Positions 18,131 through 26,025 of a DNA stretch of 44,704 nucleotides are shown piece after piece. The DNA is taken from the NCBI GenBank assembly GCA_034435435.1, contig DAOTXN010000147.1:1-44704 (forward strand), given 5' to 3'. Source of the DNA: Anaerolineae bacterium (GTDB taxonomy: Bacteria > Chloroflexota > Anaerolineae > S140-20). A program made the position numbers and the translations under genes. Under the pieces are notes generated by a model. That model was not told where the DNA came from and ran no database searches. It saw only the letters and a program-made list of their open reading frames with translations. Position 1 is the first letter of the stretch; each line of letters starts with the position of its first letter.

Positions 18131-19027
18131 TCACTGCTCCGCCTTTTCCATCCGCGCGGCCAGGTCGTCGGTCGTCGGCTCCGTGTAGATCATCGTCGTC
18201 TCGATGGAAGCGTGCCCCAGAATGGCCGCGAGGTTGCGCAGATCGCCCGGGTTCTCGTCGAGATAGCGTTTGGCGAACGTGTGCCTCAAAACGTGAGCGC
18301 TGACCGCCTGCTCGTCCACGCGGGCCATTCGGGCGTACTTTTTCAACATCCGCCACACCCCCGACCGGGAGCGCAGCGGTCCCCGCTGGCCCACCCACAG
18401 CGGATCGTCCGCGCTCAGGTCTGGGTACACAGCCAAGTAAGCCCGTAACGCCCGGCGCACCGGCGGGGTGAGCGGTACCTCGCGATACACCTCATTCTTG
18501 CCCTTGCGCACCACCACCGCGCCATTGCGCTCCCCGGCGGCCACGTCACCCCGTTTCAGCTCGAGCAGTTCTTCCACGCGCAACCCCGCCCCCAAAAGCA
18601 GCTCGACCATGGCCGCATCCCGCGCGTCCCCGGCGGCGTGCACGTGTCGCAGCAGGCGGCGCACCTGGCCTTTGCCCAGCGCTTTGGGCTGGTGCTTGTC
18701 CCGGCGCACTCCCTTGACCTCGGCGGTGGGATCGTTGCGCAGGTGACCTTTGGCCGTGGCCCACCGATAGAAACGCGAGAGGGCCACCAGGCGTTGGTTG
18801 ATGGTGGCCGGTTTGGCGTGCTCGACGCTTTGTTGGTGGGCCTTCCAGTCGTGAACGTCGCGGGGGATGATGAGGGCCGGGTCGAAGGGCTGGCCGTAGG
18901 TCTGCCGATTACAGCGAGCAAAGTGCCGCAGCGCGCGGGCATAACCGGCCAGGGTGTGCGGGCTTTTGCCATCGCGTTCCAGGTGGGCGAGCCATTCTCC
19001 GACGAGTGCATGGGAGGTGTGGGGCAT
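18131..19027 (-). CDS. Tyrosine site-specific recombinase/integrase (XerC/XerD-like), 298 aa
   Basis: N-terminal SAM-like domain (GEWLAHLERDGKSPHTLAGYARALRHF). Catalytic residues: R (LRVEELLELK), HxxR (LRHTFAKRY), GH and Y (LGHASIETTMIYTE). Confidence 0.8.
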   Translation of the reverse strand: MPHTSHALVGEWLAHLERDGKSPHTLAGYARALRHFARCNRQTYGQPFDPALIIPRDVHDWKAHQQSVEHAKPATINQRLVALSRFYRWATAKGHLRNDPTAEVKGVRRDKHQPKALGKGQVRRLLRHVHAAGDARDAAMVELLLGAGLRVEELLELKRGDVAAGERNGAVVVRKGKNEVYREVPLTPPVRRALRAYLAVYPDLSADDPLWVGQRGPLRSRSGVWRMLKKYARMARVDEQAVSAHVLRHTFAKRYLDENPGDLRNLAAILGHASIETTMIYTEPTTDDLAARMEKAEQ

Positions 19028-19478
19028 CGCTTTTTGTCCTCCAGATGCTTATGTTGCCGGATTTTCAGGCGTTAGGCGTGCCAATCAGAGCCAAAACCTG
19101 CCTTGATTATAGTACTTATGTCAAGTCGCGTCAACACAATACCCGTTATGGTGCGTGATTATGGTGACAGCTTTTGCGGCCCACATTTTGCTCACCGGGC
19201 GCGGGCATGATATAATCCCTCGACAGAGAAGCAAAGGAGCGCCGACGCTCAGGCTTTTCGCACAGCCAACAAACGATCACCAACACCGCGGTCAGGCAGG
19301 TCTTTTTTGGTCATCGTGACGACCGCATCCTTTTTGTCGGATGCGGCGCTCTCCTGTGCGTTTGGTCTGGTCCGGCGCTCTCAGGGTGCAAAGAGCTTGT
19401 GTGTGCTCTTGCACACTACATTATAACATAGACACTGGATCGTGGCAAGTGCCTCGCAGAAAACCGGTCCCCGAAGAT

Positions 19479-19721
19479 ATGCAAATCAAGCGGTTGGGAG
19501 AGAAACTCCGCACCGTTCGTGAAAGGGCGGGGCTCACTCTGGATCAAATGGGTGAGGCGCTTGGTAGAACTGAGGAAACCCGTCGCTCTCGCGTGCGGCA
19601 GTGGGAGACCGGCCGGCGAGTCCCCGATCTGATGACAATTCTCCGCTACGCCCGCTTTGCGGGCATCTCCACAGACGTGCTTTTAGACGATAGCCTCGAC
19701 CTGCCGCCAATTGAAAAGTGA
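19479..19721 (+). CDS. XRE-family helix-turn-helix transcriptional regulator (Cro/CI-like), about 80 aa
   Basis: MQIKRLGEKLRTVRERAGLTLDQMGEALGRT...RQWETGRRVPDLMTILRYARFAGISTDVLL is a classic HTH_XRE. Internal ATG start within the longer ORF 19341..19721. Upstream -10-like TATAAT at 19211-19216. Confidence 0.6.
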   Translation: MQIKRLGEKLRTVRERAGLTLDQMGEALGRTEETRRSRVRQWETGRRVPDLMTILRYARFAGISTDVLLDDSLDLPPIEK

Positions 19722-20018
19722 ACACACGCTGGCGCTTCTGATTTCTCTTACCAATGTATAGCCATTGACCCAGTCGCAGTCGGAGTCACTTTTTATGGCT
19801 GCCGCGCTGTGCGCGTCCTCGCAACTGCACTCGCCCTATGCCGCTTTCCGCGCCTTGCTGGACCGTCGCAACGACAGCCGGGATGTGCTGCAGGGCCAAT
19901 TCTCCGATTAATGTCAATTCAGTCGCAGTCGAACCACCGGCAGCTTTTCCAGGATCATTCCGTCCTCTTTTCGTTACACCAGATGAGAGGATCTAATCCT
20001 ACCAACAGGAGGTGAAAC

Positions 20019-20606
20019 ATGCAAATCGTACCCAACACTCTGACTCACGAGCGCGTGGTAGCCTTTGTGGACTATCACAACACCGTCCACGCTCTGCGCC
20101 GCGAGGGCCGCCGCATCGACCTGGGCGCGCTACGCGCATACCTGGCCGAAGGCCGCCACTTACTGGAGGCCTTCCTCTACATCGCCACCCATCCGCGCCC
20201 CGAGCGCTACGAGGCCGACGCCGCCACACTACACCGCTTGCGCCAGCACGGCTTCCTCGTCCGCACCAAGATGGGCCAACTCCTGCCCAACGGTCGCCTC
20301 AAGTGCGACTTTGATCTCGAAATGGCCCTGGACGTCCAGGAGTTCGCTGCCCGCACCCATCCCGACATCATCGTCCTGGTCAGCGGCGACGGCGATTTCG
20401 CCCCCCTGGTGCAGCGGCTGCGTCTTCAGGGCGTCCGCGTCGAAGTCGCCTCGACCCCGGGCAGCGTCTCGGCGAACCTGCGGGCGATGGCCAATGGATT
20501 CGTTGACCTCACCCGCCTGGGCGACGTCGTAGACCATCTGGGCCTGCCCGAAGCGGAACACATCCTCGCCGGCACGCCTATCGCCGCGACTGAGCTGGCG
20601 CTCTAG
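20019..20606 (+). CDS. NYN-domain (LabA-like, PIN-fold) putative RNase, 195 aa
   Basis: VAFVDYHN...CDFDLEMALDVQEFA...DIIVLVSGDGDFAPLVQRLRLQGVRVEV matches NYN/LabA conserved Asp positions. RBS AGGAGGTGAAACATG. Confidence 0.65.
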   Translation: MQIVPNTLTHERVVAFVDYHNTVHALRREGRRIDLGALRAYLAEGRHLLEAFLYIATHPRPERYEADAATLHRLRQHGFLVRTKMGQLLPNGRLKCDFDLEMALDVQEFAARTHPDIIVLVSGDGDFAPLVQRLRLQGVRVEVASTPGSVSANLRAMANGFVDLTRLGDVVDHLGLPEAEHILAGTPIAATELAL

Positions 20607-20613
20607 GGGCAGC

Positions 20614-20646
20614 GGCAGGGAGTTGGCCTTCCGTCAACTCCCTGCC
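20614..20646 (+). terminator. Hairpin GGCAGGGAGTTG-gccttccgt-CAACTCCCTGCC directly after the NYN gene stop
   Basis: 12-bp perfect stem seen in the sequence. Separates the NYN gene from the Ubl-E2-E1 operon. Confidence 0.45.
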
Positions 20647-20729
20647 ATCCCAGGATTGGTTTCGTTATGAGAGACAGAGGGCTAACCAGCCCGTCGCGTC
20701 ATCCGACTCACGCAAACAGGAGGTGAACC

Positions 20730-20936
20730 ATGGCCACTGCCATCATCAATGGGCGTCGCGTCCAGATCCCGCCCGTCGCCAAGGTGGAAGACATCCGCAA
20801 GGCCGGCGGGATCGACGAGGGCCGCACCATCATCCAGCGTCGTCGCGAAGGCAACTATGTGGTGCGCCCCGGCGAGGAGGTGCCCGTCCAAGACGGCGAC
20901 GTCTTTGTGGACGCGCCCCCACGCATCAAGGGCTAA
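20730..20936 (+). CDS. Small ubiquitin-like (beta-grasp) protein ending in a C-terminal Gly (...PPRIKG-stop), 68 aa
   Basis: Small beta-grasp-like protein directly upstream of the E2-like and E1-like genes. C-terminal glycine exposed. RBS CAGGAGGTGAACCATG. Confidence 0.5.
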   Translation: MATAIINGRRVQIPPVAKVEDIRKAGGIDEGRTIIQRRREGNYVVRPGEEVPVQDGDVFVDAPPRIKG

Positions 20937-21026
20937 CGCCCCCCAAGTCTTCCCAAAGGCTCCCGCCTTTCTCCCCGCCGCCGCTGTAGGCCTTTGGGAA
21001 GGCCCCCTCAAAAAAGGAGGCCGCCA

Positions 21027-21518
21027 ATGGCTCTCGACTGGCTCAAATCGAAAATGGAACAGAACCGGGAACCAGATGCCAACCGCCGCAATCAGCGGAT
21101 TGACGCCGAAGTCATGATGATTGCGCCGCGCTTCAGCCGCCCGCCTTATCAAGGCTTGGTTTATGACGACCAGGGACGCGACTGGCTGGTCGTCCCCGAT
21201 TATCCGCTGCCCGACCGCTTTCGGGATCGCCAGGCCGACTTGCTCATCGTCTTTCCCGAGACCTATCCTGAAACGCCGCCCATCGGCTTTTACCTCAACC
21301 AGCAGTTTCCACTGCGCAACGGCGCGCACGATGCGCATGCCACCGGCAAAGCCTATCACGGCGCCCCGGACCTGACCGATCAGGGTTGGCACTGGTATTG
21401 CGTGCAGATGGACATGGCCACCGCCGGCGCGTGGCGTCCCCAGATCGACCATCGCCAGCCGGACAACTTGTGGACCTTTTTGAACATGGTTCGAGAGGCC
21501 CTGACCAACGACGATTAG
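21027..21518 (+). CDS. Prokaryotic E2 (UBC-like) ubiquitin-conjugating enzyme homolog
   Basis: Size and position between the Ubl and E1 genes. Candidate catalytic Cys in WHWYCVQMD. RBS AAGGAGGCCGCCAATG. Call rests mainly on operon context and overall resemblance to bacterial E2-like families. Confidence 0.45.
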   Translation: MALDWLKSKMEQNREPDANRRNQRIDAEVMMIAPRFSRPPYQGLVYDDQGRDWLVVPDYPLPDRFRDRQADLLIVFPETYPETPPIGFYLNQQFPLRNGAHDAHATGKAYHGAPDLTDQGWHWYCVQMDMATAGAWRPQIDHRQPDNLWTFLNMVREALTNDD

Positions 21519-21547
21519 CCAACCAGCCATCCGAAAGGAGGAGCCTG

Positions 21548-23104
21548 ATGAACTACACCCTCTCACTCACACGACACGCAGCCGAAACGTTGCAAGCCCA
21601 TCTCCTGGGCGACCGGAGCCGCGAGCAGATGGCCATCACCTTGTGCGGCGTCAACCGGCTGCGCCGCGAGCTGCGCTTGCTGGTGCGCGACGTGATCCTG
21701 CTGCCGCCTGACGCCTTCCGTCACCAGACCGCCGCCTATCTGGAACTCAAGCCCGAAGTGCAGGCCCACGTCCACCGCCGGGCGCACCAGCATAGGCTGG
21801 TGCAGGTAGACTGGCACAGCCATCCTGCACCCGGTTTGCCTGCCACCTTCTCGGCTGTGGATGACCGGCACGAGGCAGCCCAGGCCCTCTACCTGGCTCA
21901 ACGCATGGACGGCGTGCCTTACGGATCAGTCGTCGTCAGTCCGCAGGCGCTCGACGCCCGCTTGTGGATCGTGACGCAACGAGGACGGAAAGGGCGGGCC
22001 GCGCCGACGCCGGCGCACCCCCAGGCCCACCCGCTAAACGCCGTGCTCTTCGGCGACCTGCAGCGTCGAATTCCCCTCAGCGCCCAACAGCAGGCGGATG
22101 CGCCGGGCCTCTCTGCGATCTTTGACCGCCAGGTGCGGGCCTTTGGCGCGGCCTTTCAGCGCCAGGTCGCTCAACTGCGCGTCGGCGTCGTCGGCCTGGG
22201 CGGGTTGGGCAGCGCGCTGGCGGCGCATCTGGCGCGTATGGGCGTGCGCGACTGGGTGCTGGTAGACCCCGACGTGGTGGAGCTGTCCAATCTGAACCGC
22301 CTGGTCAATGCCACGTTGACAGACGCGCAGAAAAACCGGCCCAAGGTCTACGTCGCTCGCAGCAGCGTGCGCCAGGCCCAGCCCCAGGCCCGCGTGCGCG
22401 CGATGCAGGTTGACGCCTTTGATCCCGCCGCGCAGCGCGCTCTCAAGGCTTGCGACCTGCTCATCCTCGCCACCGACAATCACAGCAGCCGCATGGCCCT
22501 CAACCGGCTGGCCGCGCAATACCCCATCCCGCTGCTCCACGTCGGATTCAACATCAGCGTTGGACCAGTTGGCAACTTGTCCGACGTTAGCGGCGAGCTT
22601 GTCATCCCCGACCTGGGACAGTGGTGTCTGCAATGCGCCGGCATCGTGAACCCACAGCAGGCGGGTTGGGAGCTGGCGTCCGACTCGCAGCGAGACCTCT
22701 TGCGCCAACGCGGTTACGTAACCGACACGCCCGCGCCTGCCGTGGGCCACCTGGACGGCGTGGTGGCTGCGTTGGCCGCCGCCGAGGTGCACAACCTGGC
22801 AAGCCGCTACAAGCCCCAGCAGCGCTACCTGACCTACGACGCGCTGCGCGGAGAACTGGCGCCCTTGCAGGTGACGCCCAGCGGCGATTGCCCGGTGTGT
22901 AGCCTCGATCACGGCGTGCTGGGGTTGGGCGACTTGGAGCCGCTACCGGATTACACCCGGCAGGCGACGCTGCTCCTGCCGCCTTCGGTTGCTCGCCCGC
23001 TGCCGGACATCCCTGGCCCCAACGGGAAAACGCTCCAAACGGCCACGCCCCTGCCCGACCGCACGGCGCGCGCCCGCCGAATGCGGGCGGCGCTGGACGA
23101 ATAG
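21548..23104 (+). CDS. Fusion of an N-terminal JAB/JAMM-like deubiquitinase domain and a C-terminal E1-like (ThiF/MoeB) adenylyltransferase
   Basis: JAMM-like HSHPAPGLPATFSAVD (HxH...S..D). E1 Rossmann: LRVGVVGLGGLGSALAAHLARMGVRDWVLVDPDVVELSNLNRL. Zinc-ribbon cysteines CLQCAG and CPVC as in MoeB/ThiF. RBS AAGGAGGAGCCTGATG. Confidence 0.6.
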   Translation: MNYTLSLTRHAAETLQAHLLGDRSREQMAITLCGVNRLRRELRLLVRDVILLPPDAFRHQTAAYLELKPEVQAHVHRRAHQHRLVQVDWHSHPAPGLPATFSAVDDRHEAAQALYLAQRMDGVPYGSVVVSPQALDARLWIVTQRGRKGRAAPTPAHPQAHPLNAVLFGDLQRRIPLSAQQQADAPGLSAIFDRQVRAFGAAFQRQVAQLRVGVVGLGGLGSALAAHLARMGVRDWVLVDPDVVELSNLNRLVNATLTDAQKNRPKVYVARSSVRQAQPQARVRAMQVDAFDPAAQRALKACDLLILATDNHSSRMALNRLAAQYPIPLLHVGFNISVGPVGNLSDVSGELVIPDLGQWCLQCAGIVNPQQAGWELASDSQRDLLRQRGYVTDTPAPAVGHLDGVVAALAAAEVHNLASRYKPQQRYLTYDALRGELAPLQVTPSGDCPVCSLDHGVLGLGDLEPLPDYTRQATLLLPPSVARPLPDIPGPNGKTLQTATPLPDRTARARRMRAALDE

Positions 23105-23134
23105 GAATCAGCCTGACGCTGGGCCGGGCGACTC

Positions 23135-23168
23135 CCCCCGGTTGTTCCAAGCGACCGGGGGTTCTTTA
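23135..23168. terminator. Bidirectional terminator-like hairpin CCCCCGGT-(11 nt)-ACCGGGGG followed by a T-rich stretch, between the convergent E1 gene and the membrane-CARF gene
   Basis: 8-bp GC-rich stem followed by TTCTTTATT, read from the sequence. Confidence 0.45.
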
Positions 23169-23810
23169 TTCGAATCGTGTGACAAAGACGCCGCGCTGGG
23201 TGTGGGGAAGAGGTTTGTTGTCAGCGTCGTAATCCGAGCGCACGTACTGGCAATCCACGCGGCGCTCGGTCGCCACGGAAAAGGCGCCGGCCGACATGAT
23301 GGCCGTGCCGCCGGTAATGTCTATGGCCGTCCTGGACAGTTCTACCCGATGTTGGGCCAACCAATCCAGCAAAAAAGCCGTCTTGGCCCGCACCTCGACC
23401 ACGCTCCAGGGATCCACGCTCTCTTTTTGGATGCAATCCGCCTCCAGCCCAGACGCCTCGGCAACCACGGCGGCGAGCTCTTCGGTTTGGCGGCTGCAGA
23501 TCAGCCCCAACCAGGCCGGTTTTTGCCGCTGCAAGGCCAGCAGGAGTGTATCTTTTTGGCCCCCGACGGTGAAAATCAGGCCGTCGCGCGGTATTTGAAA
23601 GGCTTCGCCGGCCCCGTAGCGCGGTCGGCGGCGGCGCAGCAGCGCGACCAGCCAGAATATCACGACCAGCAAAACCAGCCCGCCCAACGTGGTGACGGCC
23701 AACAGCAACAAACTGCCGGTGAAAGCGGCGCTGACTACGCTCTGCAGCCAGATGCCGGCGATCAACAGCTCGACCCAGCGGCTCTGAAAAAAGCGTTTGA
23801 TCTCGTGCAT
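23166..23810 (-). CDS. Membrane-anchored CARF-domain protein (Cam1-like/Csx23-like candidate cyclic-oligoadenylate sensor), 214 aa
   Basis: N-terminal hydrophobic segment (ELLIAGIWLQSVVSAAFTGSLLLLAVTTLGGLVLLVVIFWLVALL) followed by basic RRRRPRY. C-terminal soluble domain has a DITGGTAIMSAGAF motif that parallels the NYTGGSKSMAAQSY motif of the CARF protein at 34105..35289. Co-oriented with the type III cas operon. Confidence 0.5.
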   Translation of the reverse strand: MHEIKRFFQSRWVELLIAGIWLQSVVSAAFTGSLLLLAVTTLGGLVLLVVIFWLVALLRRRRPRYGAGEAFQIPRDGLIFTVGGQKDTLLLALQRQKPAWLGLICSRQTEELAAVVAEASGLEADCIQKESVDPWSVVEVRAKTAFLLDWLAQHRVELSRTAIDITGGTAIMSAGAFSVATERRVDCQYVRSDYDADNKPLPHTQRGVFVTRFE

Positions 23811-23819
23811 GGGCGCCTC

Positions 23820-24206
23820 CTACACCTGGCGGGCGACCCGCGCCGCCTCGCGCAGAGCTTGTAGATTGACGATTTCCGCGATCTCGAACTGGGGCGGGGT
23901 GCTCCCGGCCACGGGCCGCATCCACACCACCGCCGGAAAGTAGCCCATCCGCCCGTGCAGTTCGGGCAGCAGGGCGACCGCCGCCGGGGCATAAGCCGGG
24001 GGGTTGATCAGCAGCGGGAGGGTCTGCCACTCCTGGGGCGTCAGGTCGGCGCGGTCGGCGATCTCGGCGATCTGTTCAGCCAGCGGGAGGTCGTGGGTGA
24101 TGTGCACTTGCACGTCGATGACGCGCGCGACGGGCTGGCCGGTCAAGGCTTCGACCTGAGCCAGGTGGTCGGGGGTTAGCGGGTGGGCAAAGTTGAGGAG
24201 GATCAT
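23820..24206 (-). CDS. Hypothetical small protein (128 aa) co-operonic with the membrane-CARF gene
   Basis: ORF with a 4-bp overlap (ATGA) to the upstream RQC-like gene. No assignable motif. Confidence 0.4.
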   Translation of the reverse strand: MILLNFAHPLTPDHLAQVEALTGQPVARVIDVQVHITHDLPLAEQIAEIADRADLTPQEWQTLPLLINPPAYAPAAVALLPELHGRMGYFPAVVWMRPVAGSTPPQFEIAEIVNLQALREAARVARQV

Positions 24207-24844
24207 TTGCGTTGAGCGGGCCGGTCAGGATGTGGGAGCGGCTGTTCGCCTAACGTGTGCAAGGTGTGGTTGATCGCCGTGCGTAGCTTGCGCACCTCGC
24301 GAGCGAACCAGGTTCGCAGCATGGGGGCCAGGTCGCGTCGCTGGCGCTGCTCGATAGCCTGGAGCAGCAAAAGCTTGATGTCGCGGTGAATCGTCTCCAG
24401 CCGGGGCCACACCCGGTCTGGCTGGCCGGCCCCTTCGACGGAGCTCAAGGCGGGCGCCTGCCACTCTTCGAACCAGCCCAACAGCCGCTCCACCCACAGC
24501 GCCTTGACCCGTTCCCAACCCTGTGGCGAGTGGTAGAGCAGGGGGACGTCGCGGTCGTATTCGATGCGCAGCCAGTGATGATAGATGCACCAATCCACCT
24601 TGCGGGCGATTTGCTCGGCGGTGAGGTGTTGCAGCGCGCCATAGTCGGGCAGTTGGTCCCACTCCCACTCTAGCGCTTTTTTGCTGCGCGAGCCGTTGAG
24701 GATCAGTGTCAACCCGCTGCGGCCGGCTGCGCCGACAATGGCGTCGGCAGCCATCAAGATGGCGTTTATTTCGTCCTGGGCCGGCGGTTCGGCCGGCAGG
24801 ACGAGGGTGACGGGGATGGGAGAACGTTTACGACGGCGGGGCAT
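24203..24844 (-). CDS. RQC-like winged-helix domain protein (RecQ C-terminal-like), 213 aa
   Basis: LILNGSRSKKALEWEWDQLPDYGALQHLTAEQIARKVDWCIYHHWLRIEY resembles the RecQ RQC winged-helix signature (..L.GS....I......L..YG.......W...I..LI..G.L). The call rests on that motif pattern only. Confidence 0.35.
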   Translation of the reverse strand: MPRRRKRSPIPVTLVLPAEPPAQDEINAILMAADAIVGAAGRSGLTLILNGSRSKKALEWEWDQLPDYGALQHLTAEQIARKVDWCIYHHWLRIEYDRDVPLLYHSPQGWERVKALWVERLLGWFEEWQAPALSSVEGAGQPDRVWPRLETIHRDIKLLLLQAIEQRQRRDLAPMLRTWFAREVRKLRTAINHTLHTLGEQPLPHPDRPAQRK

Positions 24845-25280
24845 CGTTGTTCTTGGCCTCGGTAAATTCTTCCAAGAGCCGCTGGCTCATTTCCAACACC
24901 AGCGTCGCCTCTTTCAGGGCCTCGTCCGCGTCAAGCTGGGAAAAAATAACCTGGGGCGGCAGCGCCAACTCTTCGTCGCCGTAGATACTTACTTCCCTGT
25001 CCTTGCGCAAGCTCCTGGAAACGTGAATCAGGCGGTCCAACTGGGCTTGAAACCACGGGGGAAACAATTCCCGGTTTTCCCGCATAAAGAAACCCACGTC
25101 GTGCACTCTGGGGACTTCGAGACCCACGAGCCTCAAAACGGCCTTGAGGGCCATCTCGACACACTCTTGACAGCGCCGGACGGCCAGGTGCCACACGCCA
25201 TCGCTTTGAGCCATCCTGGCTTGCTTGAGGGAGTATGCAGCGGTCACGAGATAGCCCTGCGCCATTTCTTCGTTGGTCAT
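24828..25280 (-). CDS. HEPN-domain protein (toxin-like partner of a minimal nucleotidyltransferase)
   Basis: 150 aa, helical. R-x4-6-H candidate in EVPRVHDVGFFMREN. 4-bp overlap with the upstream MNT gene. Confidence 0.55.
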   Translation of the reverse strand: MTNEEMAQGYLVTAAYSLKQARMAQSDGVWHLAVRRCQECVEMALKAVLRLVGLEVPRVHDVGFFMRENRELFPPWFQAQLDRLIHVSRSLRKDREVSIYGDEELALPPQVIFSQLDADEALKEATLVLEMSQRLLEEFTEAKNNDAPPS

Positions 25281-25804
25281 AGCTCGATCACCTCACCCCA
25301 GCGGTAATCGGGTTTCAGCCTCCAATACCGCACACGGCCCTGACGTACCCTTTGGGCGCCTATCTCGCACAATCTTTGCGCCAGTTGATCCAGGATGGTT
25401 TGAAAAAAACCACTCTGGTCATACAAGATGATAGCGTCTTGAGTCAAGTCCAGGTAAAGAGGCGTAAAGCTTTGCGCCTCCTCGGGCGTCTTGATTTTGG
25501 TTGAAAAGTCGGTGTGAATTCCCTGACGGTGCAGGGAGATCAAATGGGGCCAAAGTTCATCTTCAATCTCTACCAGAAGGCGATTGCGGGCGCGGCGTGA
25601 CGCGGGCAGTTCCCTGGCGACGATGAACAAGTCTACGTCGGAGGTGAACGTGTGCTCGCTCCGCGCTACCGAGCCGTACAACACGACGGAGACCAGGCGC
25701 TCGCCGAAATGGCGTTTCAGCGCCTCGGTGTAGGCCTGGGCCGCTTCTAACGCTGACCAGGCGCCCCTGTTTGGGTCCTGTGGCACAGACATGGCATTCC
25801 TCAA
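25277..25804 (-). CDS. Minimal nucleotidyltransferase (MNT/Pol-beta superfamily) partner of the HEPN protein
   Basis: GS-x9-13-DxD motif: VVLYGSVARSEHTFTSDVDLFIVAREL. Confidence 0.65.
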   Translation of the reverse strand: MRNAMSVPQDPNRGAWSALEAAQAYTEALKRHFGERLVSVVLYGSVARSEHTFTSDVDLFIVARELPASRRARNRLLVEIEDELWPHLISLHRQGIHTDFSTKIKTPEEAQSFTPLYLDLTQDAIILYDQSGFFQTILDQLAQRLCEIGAQRVRQGRVRYWRLKPDYRWGEVIEL

Positions 25805-25900
25805 CGGGGATCATTCCCTTGTTCTCGGACCAATGTACCCTGCTTGGCTCGAGATGTCAAGTCTGGCAGCGCCCGGACAAGCGGTAGAGAGCAGCGTTAG

Positions 25901-26020
25901 CCCGCTGCGCTGGGCTGGTCGACGATGGCGGCGGTGGCCATCAGGATGGCGTCTATTTCGGCCTGGGCCGGCGGCCCGGCCGGCAGGGCGAGGGTGGCGG
26001 GGATGCGGCGGCGGCGGAGT
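25901..26020. repeat. Degenerate (~85% identical) copy of the 5' end of the RQC-like gene (24713..24841), lying between the Cas7-CSD gene stop and the MNT gene
   Basis: Direct alignment: CCCGCTGCG..GGC..ATGGCG..GGC.GCCATCA.GATGGCGT.TATTTCG.CCTGGGCCGGCGG..CGGCCGGCAGG.CGAGGGTG.CGGGGATG is shared by both copies in the same orientation. Confidence 0.7.
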
Positions 26021-26025
26021 ATGCC

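Noticed and set aside
18556-19075. Several overlapping ORFs (151 aa minus, 145 aa plus, 92 aa plus) within the integrase gene
   Set aside because: Alternative frames of the integrase coding region. Translations are Pro/Arg/Ala-rich without motifs.
19028-19478. Possible tRNA gene or attachment site next to the integrase
   Set aside because: No cloverleaf-compatible sequence or conserved tRNA features found by eye. Only short inverted repeats (for example CCGCATCC-tttttgtcg-GATGCGG at ~19315-19340) that more likely serve as operator or terminator for the XRE gene.
20065-20561. 155-aa + and 110-aa - ORFs overlapping the NYN gene
   Set aside because: Out-of-frame or antisense to a gene with a clear NYN domain and strong RBS.
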